From positions 124,001 to 188,000 of the forward strand of contig OZ025747.1 of the NCBI GenBank assembly GCA_964019335.1: a DNA stretch of 64,000 nt, given 5' to 3'. This document shows positions 42,328 through 53,099 of the stretch, piece by piece. How positions within the stretch are numbered: the first letter of the stretch is position 1; each line of letters begins with the position of its first letter. Origin of the DNA: Diplonema japonicum (Eukaryota; Protista; Euglenozoa: Diplonemea). A program made the translations under genes and the position numbers. The notes beneath the pieces are model-generated. The model was given only the letters and a program-made list of their open reading frames with translations. It had not been told where the DNA came from and did no database searches.

Positions 42328-43478
42328 CCTTCATGTGTAATGTAGTTTAGCGTGGCATGTGCTGAGGGTTATTGGAATGGATAAGGATGGGAGGGGAGGG
42401 GGAAGAAGAAGAGAGAAGAAAAAAAAAAAAAAAAAAAAATGTCGATTTTTTTTTGTTGCTCGTTTGACTCAAGGTCGCTTGACTCTTATTTATTCTCCTT
42501 CTCTTTCTTCTTTTTTTTTTTTTTTGAAACTTTCTTTAAATAAAAAAAAGGGAAAAAAAAAAGGAAAAAAAAAAATTAGGGAAGAGAAAGGGGAGCGTAA
42601 AAAGAAAAAAAAAGGGGGGGGAAGCCATGTCCAAACACATCGACCACGCGAGGAGTTTCCTTTTCGAGGGAATGAAATAACTAAAACAGGAAAAAAAAAG
42701 AAGAAAAAGAAGAACGGAAACTCGATCTATTTTACAATTCGTAAAGAAGGGAAAAAGAAAGTCTTTTCATCCAGTGTTGTGTTGGTGTGTTTGTGATTTT
42801 TTTTTTTCCCTCTCCCTTTTTTTTTCCCCCTCCTTTTTTTTTTTTTTTTTCCTCTCGCCCTCTAACTGAAAACATTTCAAATTTCTCCGTATACGTAAAA
42901 AGAAGAAAAAAAAAAAAAAAAAAAAAAAACCTAAAATTAAAAGAGCAGAAACAGGTAACAGAAGTGGCAACTCTTTAAATTATTTGTTACCAAACCGTTC
43001 CTTCTTTCTGTTAATAGATGTACCCTTCCTACGTCCCCCTTTTTTTTTTGTTTTGGGTTTTTTCCTCTTCAATGTTTTGCAATGTGCTCTTCCTCTCGTG
43101 ATTTATTTCTCTTTTTTGTTCCTTTCCTTTCCTTCTGCCTCTCAACTTTTTTTTTTTATTTTTATTTTTTTTTTTTTCCACCCTCTCCAAAAAAAATCCC
43201 TCTCTGGGGAAAAGAAAGAAAAAGAAGAAAAAAAAAAACCCCTTTTTATCCTCGTGAAAGAAATGAACAGAAAGAAAAAAAAGAAGCAAAAAAAAAAAAA
43301 AAGCTGTAAACCTCTTGATTGTTGTCTCTAGGAATTTTATACCCGAGTTCACAATTGGCACACCCGTGCAATTATGAATTCTCGTATTTCTAGGCAAAAA
43401 GTTTCACCGCGCAATTTGGAGTTATAAAGTAAGTGAAGAAAAAGAAGAAGAGTGGTTGCGGGGAGAAAAAAAAAAGAG

Positions 43479-43524
<46 letters not shown>

Positions 43525-44254
43525 TGCCTAACCTTTTCATTTTATCCCGGAAGAATTATGGTCTTTTTTTTTTTTACTGGACATAGATTGATTTTTCATG
43601 GGGATCCTTTATGGCAAAAAAAAAAATAATAATAAAAATAAAACCGTTTTTTTTTTATACCTCCCCTCTTTTTTTCTTTCACCGGAAAATGGTTAAGAGG
43701 TTTCCAGTTACTTAATTGAATTTGAATGAAAAAAGAAAAAGAAAAAAAAAAGAAGTTTAGTGGGTTTTGTTTTTGTTTTTTTTTGCTTATAAAAAAAAAA
43801 AATGTGTGCAAAGAAATGGGAAGGAGTTCCCTATATTTTCTTCTCTTATATTCTATTATCGTGAAAAAAAATCAGAGAAAATGGGACAATAGTCACTTTG
43901 AGACCATTGTGTTCAAAAAGTTTCTATTTAAAAAAGAAAGTCCCTTTTTGCCCTCTGTTCTTTCGTTCTTTTCCCCCCCTTTTTTTTTTCCAGATGGGTA
44001 GTTGTAAACTTTCTTCCCCATCTTTTCACCTCCCATCAGCTAGCTGAGGCACTGTCATGGCTGGACAGAAAAATTTTTTTATCCCCTTGCTGCCCGGCTT
44101 TTTCTCCCCTAGCTGTGTGTTCCCCCCCTTTTTTATATTTTTTCCCCCTTCTTTGCTTTGCCGATGGCCCACGGCAAAACAAAAGGGGGGGGGGGGTGAA
44201 AAAGGCATCTTGCAGCTGTGCATGAATGGTGTTTTTTGTGCTTTATCTCCACCC

Positions 44255-44303
<49 letters not shown>

Positions 44304-44465
44304 TTCGTTCCTCCTCAGGAATTCTGCCCGAAGAGGCGATCTAGCTTTTCAATATTTTTTTGTTTTTTTTTTTTACTGTGAAAAATTCCCAAGCTTTGGG
44401 CATGTTCCTGGAAGGAGAAACATTATTATTATTTTATTTCACTCTTCGTCATTTTCTTCACTCAC

Positions 44466-44933
44466 TAGGGGCCTCATTATTTAACGCGAACATTATTTAA
44501 CGCGAAATCGCCATTATTTAACTAGTTAAATAATGAGATTTTGCAGTTAAATAATGGCCCTTCACGCCGTGGAAAAAAATGCACCCAACCCCTTGAAAAA
44601 GTTTTTTGGGGTGGGGGGTATTTTGACTATTTTTGGCCATCTGAGGCCATTCCAGCCCTTAAAAGTGGGAATAAGTGCCTTTAAATGCCACACCCTGTAT
44701 TACCTTAGGAAAATCCCCAAAAGCTGACCTGCGTGAAAAAAAAAAAAACAGCAGTGAAAGCAGTGAAGAGTGAGTGACTCAAATGACGAAAAGTGAAATA
44801 AAACGACTTACTTGCCACCAAATGAGCCATTATTTAACACTCGTTACCGTTTTTTTGCACGAGGGCCCGCAGGGCCCTCGTGCAAAAAATTCGGGAACTC
44901 GAGTTAAATAATGACTCATTATTTGTTGGCAAT
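44466..44933. repeat. Palindrome-rich element with repeated CATTATTTAAC motifs in both orientations (possible non-autonomous DNA transposon)
   Basis: Motif at about 44475, 44491, 44512, 44828 (forward) and 44525, 44546, 44903 (reverse). Perfect 24-bp palindrome at 44512-44535. 18-bp hairpin stem around 44850-44888. Confidence 0.6.
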
Positions 44934-45014
44934 AAATAGCTAATTTTGGTGGGGTGACGAACAGGCAGCAAACTGCACGAGCGCAGAATCTTGGTTACCC
45001 GGGACGCCCCGGCT

Positions 45015-45153
45015 GGGGTTGAGCTGTACACCGCACGCATTAAGGACACGACGCGGAACGCAGAAGAAGCTACAACTCGGCCGCGGTGCGCCCCCTGTAA
45101 TCAAGTAGACAGTTCTTGTGCAGGGCGCCGCCAACACCGTCCTCCTTTAACTC
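45015..45153. repeat. Diverged dispersed repeat, copy 1 (copy 2 at 61455-61548)
   Basis: Collinear blocks GGGGyTGAGyTG, AGAAGAAGCTACA, GTGCGCCC..TGTA, TGTGCAGGGCG..CCAACAC, CTCCTTTA.CTC. Confidence 0.7.
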
Positions 45154-45480
45154 ATATATATATATATATATATTATTATTATTATTTTTTTTTTCTTTTT
45201 TTTTTTTTTTTTAATTTGCGAAGAACATTTGTAGGCATTGGTTCTCATTGGTATAATGAAATTTAAGATTTTTTTTTAAATTACTTTTTTGCTTTGACAT
45301 AACGTTGCCACAAATAGCGAATAATTGACCATTACATAATAAATAAAAGAGTGCTTTAAAGAGTGGGTAATGATAAAGCCGCAGGGGAGAGATTGGGTTC
45401 TTTTTTTTTTTTTTTTATTCCCTTCAAATTCTGTCTTTCAACCTTTATCAGGTAGATCAACACAAACTTTCTCTTGCCGG

Positions 45481-45534
<54 letters not shown>

Positions 45535-46199
45535 CATTATTATTTTTTTTTTTTAGCTCACGCAAAAAAAAAGGGGGGAAAAAAAAAAAAAACCTCAACA
45601 AACTTTTCTTTTTAATTTTTTTTTTCTGATATTAATTTTGTTAACAAATACGGTAATTGCTGCTTGCTTGGCAGAAGAAAAAAAGAAAACGATTTTGTGT
45701 GTGTGTAGGTGTCACTTGGTTTCAACCAGGATGACTCGTATTTTTTCTTTATATATATATGCTTTCTTTCTTTGCACAACTTTAAAAAAAAAAAGAAGAA
45801 AAAAGGAGTGTTGCCAGCCAGTAGTTATTTATTTTTGGTGAGAGAAGAAAACAAAAAGAAAAAAAAAAGGGGGGGGAAATATGTTATCGCTCGCAGCTGT
45901 GTAACCTTTTGCTCTTTTTTTCTTTTTGCCAAATGAACGTTTTTTAACTTTACTGGTAGAGCACGCTTTTTTTTTTTTTTTTTTTTTAATTTTCTTTTAT
46001 TTTGTCATTAGTATGGATAAAGAAAAGCTAAAACTTTAAACGAAAGAAAAGGGAACAAAAAAAAAACCCCCCCAGTGCTGGTGTTTTTTTATTCCCCCCT
46101 TTTTTTTAATTGGTTTTTATTTTATTTTTTTTTAATACTTTCCACCTCTTATTACTTCTTTCACCGATGGAAAAAGGAAAGAATGAAAAAGAAAAAAAG

Positions 46200-46247
<48 letters not shown>

Positions 46248-46841
46248 AAGGGGCCACAGCCAAAAAAAGAAAGGGAGGAAGAGGAAAACAAAAAGTATTT
46301 CAAAAAAGAAATTGGTCCATGTGTTTATGCAAAAAGAAAATATTTTCTGATTGAGAAAAAAAAAATTTTTTTTTTTCTAAGAATGGAAAAGGAAGAGAGA
46401 AGGAGGGAAAAACAAAAGGAGAAAAAAAGGGGATTTTTTTTTTTTTAAATGTCTCTTTTTTTTTTTTTTCTCGGTGTGATATTTTGAAGTTTCCCCCCTT
46501 TTTTTTCTCACCCCTTTTAAGATTTTTTTTCTCTCCTCCCCTTCCTTCTTCCTCCCCCCCCCCTTTTTTTATATGAAAAGTAAAAAATTCACAGTAAACA
46601 ACGGACGTTGAAAGTAAAGGATATTACCCGAAAAAACAGAAATTCCGCTTAATTATTATTTTTTTCTTCTTCCCTGTGTGCAGATTTGGAGGTAGTGTCT
46701 CTACAAGGGGAGACCACAGCCACAACGCACCACAAGAAAAAAAAATGGGCGAAAATGTGAAAAAACGAGAAAGAAATGCTGGGGATACATCCCGTGTCCC
46801 CCCCTTTTTTTTTCTTCCTCTTTTTTCTTCACAGCTAGAGA

Positions 46842-46873
<32 letters not shown>

Positions 46874-48514
46874 GACAAAAAAAAAGAATAAAAACACGCG
46901 CGTACCCTGGCTTCTATTTTTTTTTTTTTTTTTTTTTCCAACAAAAAAAAAATATATACAAAATGTTTTAAACGTTTTCTCTTCTTTTTTTTTTATCCCT
47001 CCTGTTGAAGGGCAGGGCTGCTAGGGAAGGGAGGGAAGCAGAAAGAGGGGGTAAAAAAAAAAAGCTTCGCAGGAGGGGGAGGAAAACGAGGGTTCCCTCA
47101 GGGCCGACATCCCCCTCTGCAATCAACTCACCTTATTCAAACACCAATTCCCACAGCCTCGCATCTCTTCCTTCGGGTAGGTACCCCCCCTCCCCCCCCC
47201 CCCCCCCCCCTCCCATCTCCTCTTTTCACGCTTCTTTCTTCTTAATTTTTTTTTATATTTTTTTATATTTTTTATACTTTTTTTTTTTTACTCTCTCAAT
47301 TTTTGAAGAAGATTTAAAAAAAAAAAAAAGAAGAAGAAGAAGAAGAAGTATTATTTTGAAGAGAGGAACTTTCCCCACTTTTTTTTTTCCTCTATTTTTT
47401 TTTTATGTGAAACAAAATATGAGTGTCAGTGGTTGAGGGGAAAGGGATTAAAAAAAAAGGTCTCTCTACAATTCACGCCATGGTTTACAGTTCTGTAGCT
47501 GTGGAATGGGGGGGGGGGGGTCAAATTTGTACCGATGTTGGTATGTCTTGTGGGAAGTCTGAGCTAGGCTATAGCCTCCGAAAATTGGAGTTTTCTCTGG
47601 GTTGACCCCCCCCCCCCCCCCCCCTCCCGATTTCCCTTGTTTAAAAAAGTTTTTTTAAAAAAAAATCGAAACCCAGTGAAATGAGTGGGGGGGGGGGAAT
47701 GAAAAGGAGAGGAATTGTTATGTGTGTATGTGTCCCCCTCCCCCCTTTATGGTGTGTTTCAGTTCCCCCCCCCCCCCCCCACTCTGGACGAAAAAAAAGA
47801 AGAAAAAAAAAAGAAATAAACTTTTTTTTTCGATAGAAAAAAAAAAAGAAAAGAAAAAAAAAGCAGTTACTATTAAACCACACAATCACCCTCCCTCCCC
47901 GCCCATCGAGGTGGGAGATTAAGAAGGAAGAAGAAAAAAAAAAAAGAAGAGAAAAGAAAAAAGAGAAACGAGCACAGCAACTGAAAATGCAACACTGCCT
48001 GCTGTCCCGCAGCGGAAAAAAAAAGAAAAAGAAAAAGAAAAAAAAGGGGGGGGGGATTCTCTTCGATGTTAAATCATTCCCTCCGCCCTTCCAAGAATTT
48101 TACTCGGTTTTTTCTTGTATTTTTCGGAGGAGGGGGAATGGACAAGAAGAAGAAGGTTCAATCTGGAGCTATTTTAACTGACGCTAAGACCGATCACCTC
48201 TTAAAACCTTCCTAGGTTCTTACCCTTGTAAGCGGTGGCAACAACAAAAAAAAAAAAAGAAGAAGAAGAAGAAAAAAAAATAGAATTTGTTACACATATT
48301 TATCTTTCAAAGAATGATTTTATTACCTATGCAATTTTTTTTTTTTACATGTAAACTTTAACTTATTGACGATTTTTTTTTTTTTTTCTTTTTGAAGCTC
48401 TTATGTTAGTTTCCTGTTTGGGGCTTTTTTTTTTTCCGGTGTGTCCCCATTTACATGTACAAAAAATTGAAGAAAAAGAAAAAGTTGAAGGGGGGGAAAA
48501 AAAGAAGAGAAAAG

Positions 48515-48538
<24 letters not shown>

Positions 48539-48545
<7 letters not shown>

Positions 48546-50078
48546 CTGCTAACTTGACCCCTAAGTTTGAGAAATGTTCAAGGTCTATCTTTAAAGAGGA
48601 AAAAGTTTCTGATCCAGTCCCCAAGGTTTCTTAAATCTCTGTGTAGTACCCCAAATCTTCAAAAAAACTCATACTCGACCCCTAGGTTTTAAAATGCTTG
48701 AATTCGGTCCCCTTAGTTTCATAAATGCTCAAAGTAGACCCCCTTGGTTTTCAAAATGTTCAAATCCGGACCCCTTAGTTTCCAGAATGCCCAACCTGGG
48801 CCCCCTATGTTTCATAAATGCTCAACAATATTTTTTTCACCCCAACATTTCCTACAGCTCTTTTTCCCATCATAATATCACAAAAACCAATCCATTTTAA
48901 AATGCCTACAACCCAGTCAAAGATTGTTGCTGATGCGGTGTTCTCAGACATGGCCAGACATGGCTGAGGCGTGAAGAGAGGCCTTCTCGGACTGCTACAA
49001 GAGCGGTCGGGTGTTTAGCACTGTGAAAACCACCAGCGAAAAGGTGGTACTTGCCTGCTGCACTGAAGACTGCCAATGGAGGGTGGTGTTCCGGAATAAA
49101 GAAGGGGGGGCATATGTAACATGCCTCCCCATACCTGCACCCTATCCAACCATGGAAAGAAGGCACCAGTTGGCACTGCTGATTGGGTTGCAAGGATGCT
49201 TCGGGACAAGGCGGAGAAATCCTCCGGTTAAGGGCCAACCCAGGCGATGACTGACATACTGGTCTTCAGGGAGGCAGGCATTGGACTTTCCTCTGCTAGG
49301 AGGGCTAGGGAGACTCTTTTCGGATCAGCATCCAGTGCCTATGTGAAGTCTCCCCATACTTCGATGACCTGAAGGCAATCAACCCTGGCACCTTTTTTGA
49401 CATCGAGAGGGACTCAGGGTCGCGCTTCAAGTGCTGTTTTTTTTTTTTTTTTTGCCTTCGCCCCTCAGTCAACGGTTTCACTTATGTGGAGCCCATAATT
49501 TCGATGGAACACACCTGGGTGACTTTGGGGGGGGGTTCTGCTTCAAAAGGTGTAGGGAGGAATAAGAAGAGGATCCCCAGCAAGAGCGAAAGGAAGAATG
49601 CCTGCAGTCGTTGTGGCATTCTTGGCCACAAGACTTCGATCTGCACCAACCCTCCTGGTCCTCCCAAGAAGCAAAGGTTTTCTTTTAAATGCTGTAATCT
49701 TTTACACAGGAAGACACCTTTGGCGCAGCCCTCTAAGAAGTAGCCTTGGTCACCCTGGGCTGTCTTTTTCTTTTCTTTTCAAGTTGCCTATTGTTAAGGA
49801 ACATGCATGCGCACAACCTTGTTGAGCGCTAATGAAACTTAGGGGACCCATTCGGGTTATTTGTGAAACTAAGGGGGGGTTTTTTGAGCATTTTGAAAAC
49901 TAAGGGGTTGACTTTGAGCGATTTCCCGCCGTAGGGGCCTAGTTAGGGCATTTGAAAACCTGAGGGGGCGGACTTTGAACACTTTGAAAACTTAGGGGGG
50001 CGGGATTTGAGCGTTTTGAAGACTTAGGGGGTGGACTTTGAGCATTTTGGAAACTTAGGGTCAAGTTAGGACTCTACC

Positions 50079-50079
<1 letters not shown>
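48539..50079 (+). mobile_element. Internally deleted Mutator-like element (MULE) with long TIRs
   Basis: TIRs at 48539-48827 and 49820-50079 are built of ~31-bp subrepeats (CTAACTTGACCC(C)TAAGTTT / AAACTTAGGGTCAAGTTAG). Broken MuDR-type peptides CCTEDCQWRV, LKAINPGTFFDIERD..RFK, GF..V.PIISM and a CSRCGILGHKTSIC knuckle. Poly-A on both sides. Confidence 0.88.
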
Positions 50080-50117
<38 letters not shown>

Positions 50118-51024
50118 GAAAGACGATACACGACCTGAACACACGCAAGAAATGGAAAGACTCTCCTTTCTATATCAACTGTGGTGGTCGTTGAATTCTT
50201 TCTTTTTTTTTCTCTTTTTTTTCTCTTTTGCGATAAAAAAATTCAAAAAAAAGAAGAAAAAAAACTCCCCGCTTCACCATTTAATTGACACCCTCATAGT
50301 CTTGAATATCTGTTTGCGAATTCGGGTTATTTGTACTTTATCTGAAGCAAATCGATGTGACAGCTGTTTCTGACCTGGTGGTCAAATGTGTGAATTGTTT
50401 TTTTTTTCCCCCTCTTTTTTTTCCCTTCCTGTTACTAGACCTTCGTATATAGTAATAGGATCTAGCCTGTACACACAAAGAGACAAAAAAAAAGAGGGGG
50501 GAGGGAAGAGGGGAGGAGGAAAGAAACAGAAGGGGATTAGAACAATAATATCTAAGTCACCTTTTTTTTCCTCCCCTCCATATTTCTCATATTCCACTCT
50601 TTTTTTTTTTTCCTTCTATTCTCTTGTTCTCTTTGTATTTGTGGTGGCCTGGAAGAGGAAAAAAAAAAGGGAAAATAAAAAAAGCGGGAAATTTTAAAAA
50701 AAAAAAAATTAACTAGTTATGTCTTTTGAGTTTTTTTTTTTTCTTTTTCTTTTTTGCTAAAACAACAACGGGACCATGACTATTCTGGACCGAAAAACAA
50801 TTTAAAAAAAAAAAAAGAACAATTCTTATTCTTTTTCTTGAATTCTTTTTTAAGCTAGCAGTACAGCAGGGGGGGGGGGGGTATTCTTTTTTCCAGCTAT
50901 TTGCCTCGGGGGAATGTTTCCCTGTGCTGTTACTTTATTTCTTACGCGTCCGCGGCTCGTGCTGAGTTTGCGTGCCGTTACGTCTTTTTTTTTTCTTTTT
51001 TTTTTGTTAAGAAAGGGAAGTCTC

Positions 51025-51066
<42 letters not shown>

Positions 51067-52289
51067 GGGGCTTGCCCTTTTTTAAACATACCTTTTTGTT
51101 TGTTTCACATTTAAAAAAAAAAAAAGAAGAAAAAAAAAAAAAAAAAAAAATAGAAAGCAAGAAAATGCTTGAGGAGGGAGGGGAAATGAGAAAGAAGAGA
51201 GAGACCACTATCTCCTCCCCCTGACGTAACCTGTGTCTTTGATGCTATTCTGGACTGGTACCAGGGTGAGGCTGTGATGTCCTCTTTTTTTTCCCCTTTT
51301 TTTCTTCCTTCCCCTGCACGAAGTGAGAAATTCACCCTAAATGGCGACCCAGTTCAGAGCGCTGTTTTGTGTGTCTTGACACATTAAGAGATCGATATCC
51401 CCCTCCCCCACATCTTCCCTCCATCATTTTTTTGAAACGTTTCCTCTTTTTTTCTTTTTCTTTTTTTTTTTCTCTTCGGAAAAGGACAACAGTGAGAAGA
51501 CAGGTAGAATTTTGTCATTTTTTTTTTTTTTTTTCCTCCTTTGAAGTAAAACGTTTTTTTTTTTTTTTTTTCCTTTCCCTTTCCCACTTTTCATGTCGAT
51601 GGCTTTCCAAAAAAAAAATAAAAATAACACGATTGGTTGCAAAGACAAGTCAAGTCTTGGGGGGGGGGGGGGGGGGTGCCATAGTGGTAGAACCCCCCAA
51701 TCAATGAGCGGTTTTTTTTCTTCTTTTTTTATTTACATTCTAATGTTTCTCTTGTGTCTCGTCTGAAGGATTCTTTTCTTACCCAAGCCTCCTCCCCCCC
51801 CCCCCCCCCCCCCAAACAGGGAGGGTTGAAAGAAAAAACTTTTTTGTTTGTTTTCTACTTTTACTTTCTATTTTTTTTTCTCGTGTGTGTAACTAGGTGT
51901 CGCTGTTGCTTACCCATCCCCCCCCCTTTTTTTTTGATAAATAAATTTAATAAAATTGAGAAATAGCGTTATATATTTCTGTTTTCTTTGAGCAAAAAAA
52001 AAAAAAAAAAAAAGATTCAAAAAAAATCTTGTGCTTCATAGGTTTGTGTGCACGAGTTAAAGCAAAAAAAAGGGGGGGAGGGAAAATGCTGTGTTTTTTT
52101 TTTTGGCCGAAAAAAAACCCCCCCAGTCATGACAGCGTGATGAGTTGTCATATTGGACCCCTAAATTGAAGAGAAACAATAAATAAAAAATACTACCAGG
52201 GGCATGGCAATGTTCCATGCCGCTGCTGTAACGCAAGAAAAACGGAGGGGGGGGGGGGGGACAGGAAAAAGGAGTAAACACAGGTTGGC

Positions 52290-52299
52290 TCTTCTCTCT

Positions 52300-52351
<52 letters not shown>
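52290..52351. repeat. (CT)n microsatellite
   Basis: About 30 CT units. A (CA)n tract also lies at about 44271-44301. Confidence 0.9.
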
Positions 52352-52353
<2 letters not shown>

Positions 52354-53099
52354 CCCTCCCTTTTTTTAAACGAAAAAAAGTGATTTATTTAAAATCATCA
52401 AAAAAGCCCCCCCCCCCATTCCCATCGATTCCGTTTTCCCCGCTGGAAAGGAAAACGGGGAAGAGGGGAAAAAAAAAAGAAAAAGAAAAAGAAAAGAATG
52501 GATTTAACAGAAGGTGAGAGGAAGATGGGCCAACCCGGTAATGAGCTTTTTGATAAGAGTGGTCGCACTGGCGACCACTCAACCAGGCGCCAAATTTCTT
52601 CTTTACCTTGAATCTCACTTTTTTTTTTCTCTTTTTTTTTTTGTAAACCCGCACATACTCTCTGTTTTTTTTTCCCCTTCCTTTTTCCCCTTTATGCTAC
52701 AACCCATTTCTCGTTTCTGCCCATTCTGGCTTAATTCCATATTTTCGTAAGTCGGATCACAAAAGTCTCACACTAGGAGATCTCAAATAAAAAAAAAAAA
52801 GAAAAAAAAAGAGGAAGAGATGGAGGGGAAAAAAAAAAAAAAAGAAGTGGGGGGAAAAAAAAAATCAGCCCCCTGTTCTTCAGCTTATTATCTTTTTTTT
52901 TTTCTCCTCGCACAAATTCACACCCTCCCCCAAAAAAAAACCCCCCCCCCCCCCATCTCTCTTTTCCATTTTTTTTTACCTCTCTTCTCTCCCCAATTAT
53001 ATATTTCCATTTTGTTTCCCCCCCCTTTTTTTTTCGTTTCCTTTTCCCCCACTTTTACAGGAAAAAAAAATGTAAAAAAAAAAAGTTAAAAAAAAAAAA

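Noticed and set aside
44465-44890. Helitron end (CTAG plus hairpin)
   Set aside because: The strong GC hairpin is ~380 bp from the CTAG, not ~10-15 nt, and no matching 5' TC end can be defined.
52535-52600. Hammerhead ribozyme
   Set aside because: It lacks the CUGANGA and GAAA core.
42359-53089. Numerous poly-Lys/Phe/Pro/Gly ORFs
   Set aside because: Produced by homopolymer tracts, with no domain content apart from the MULE relics.
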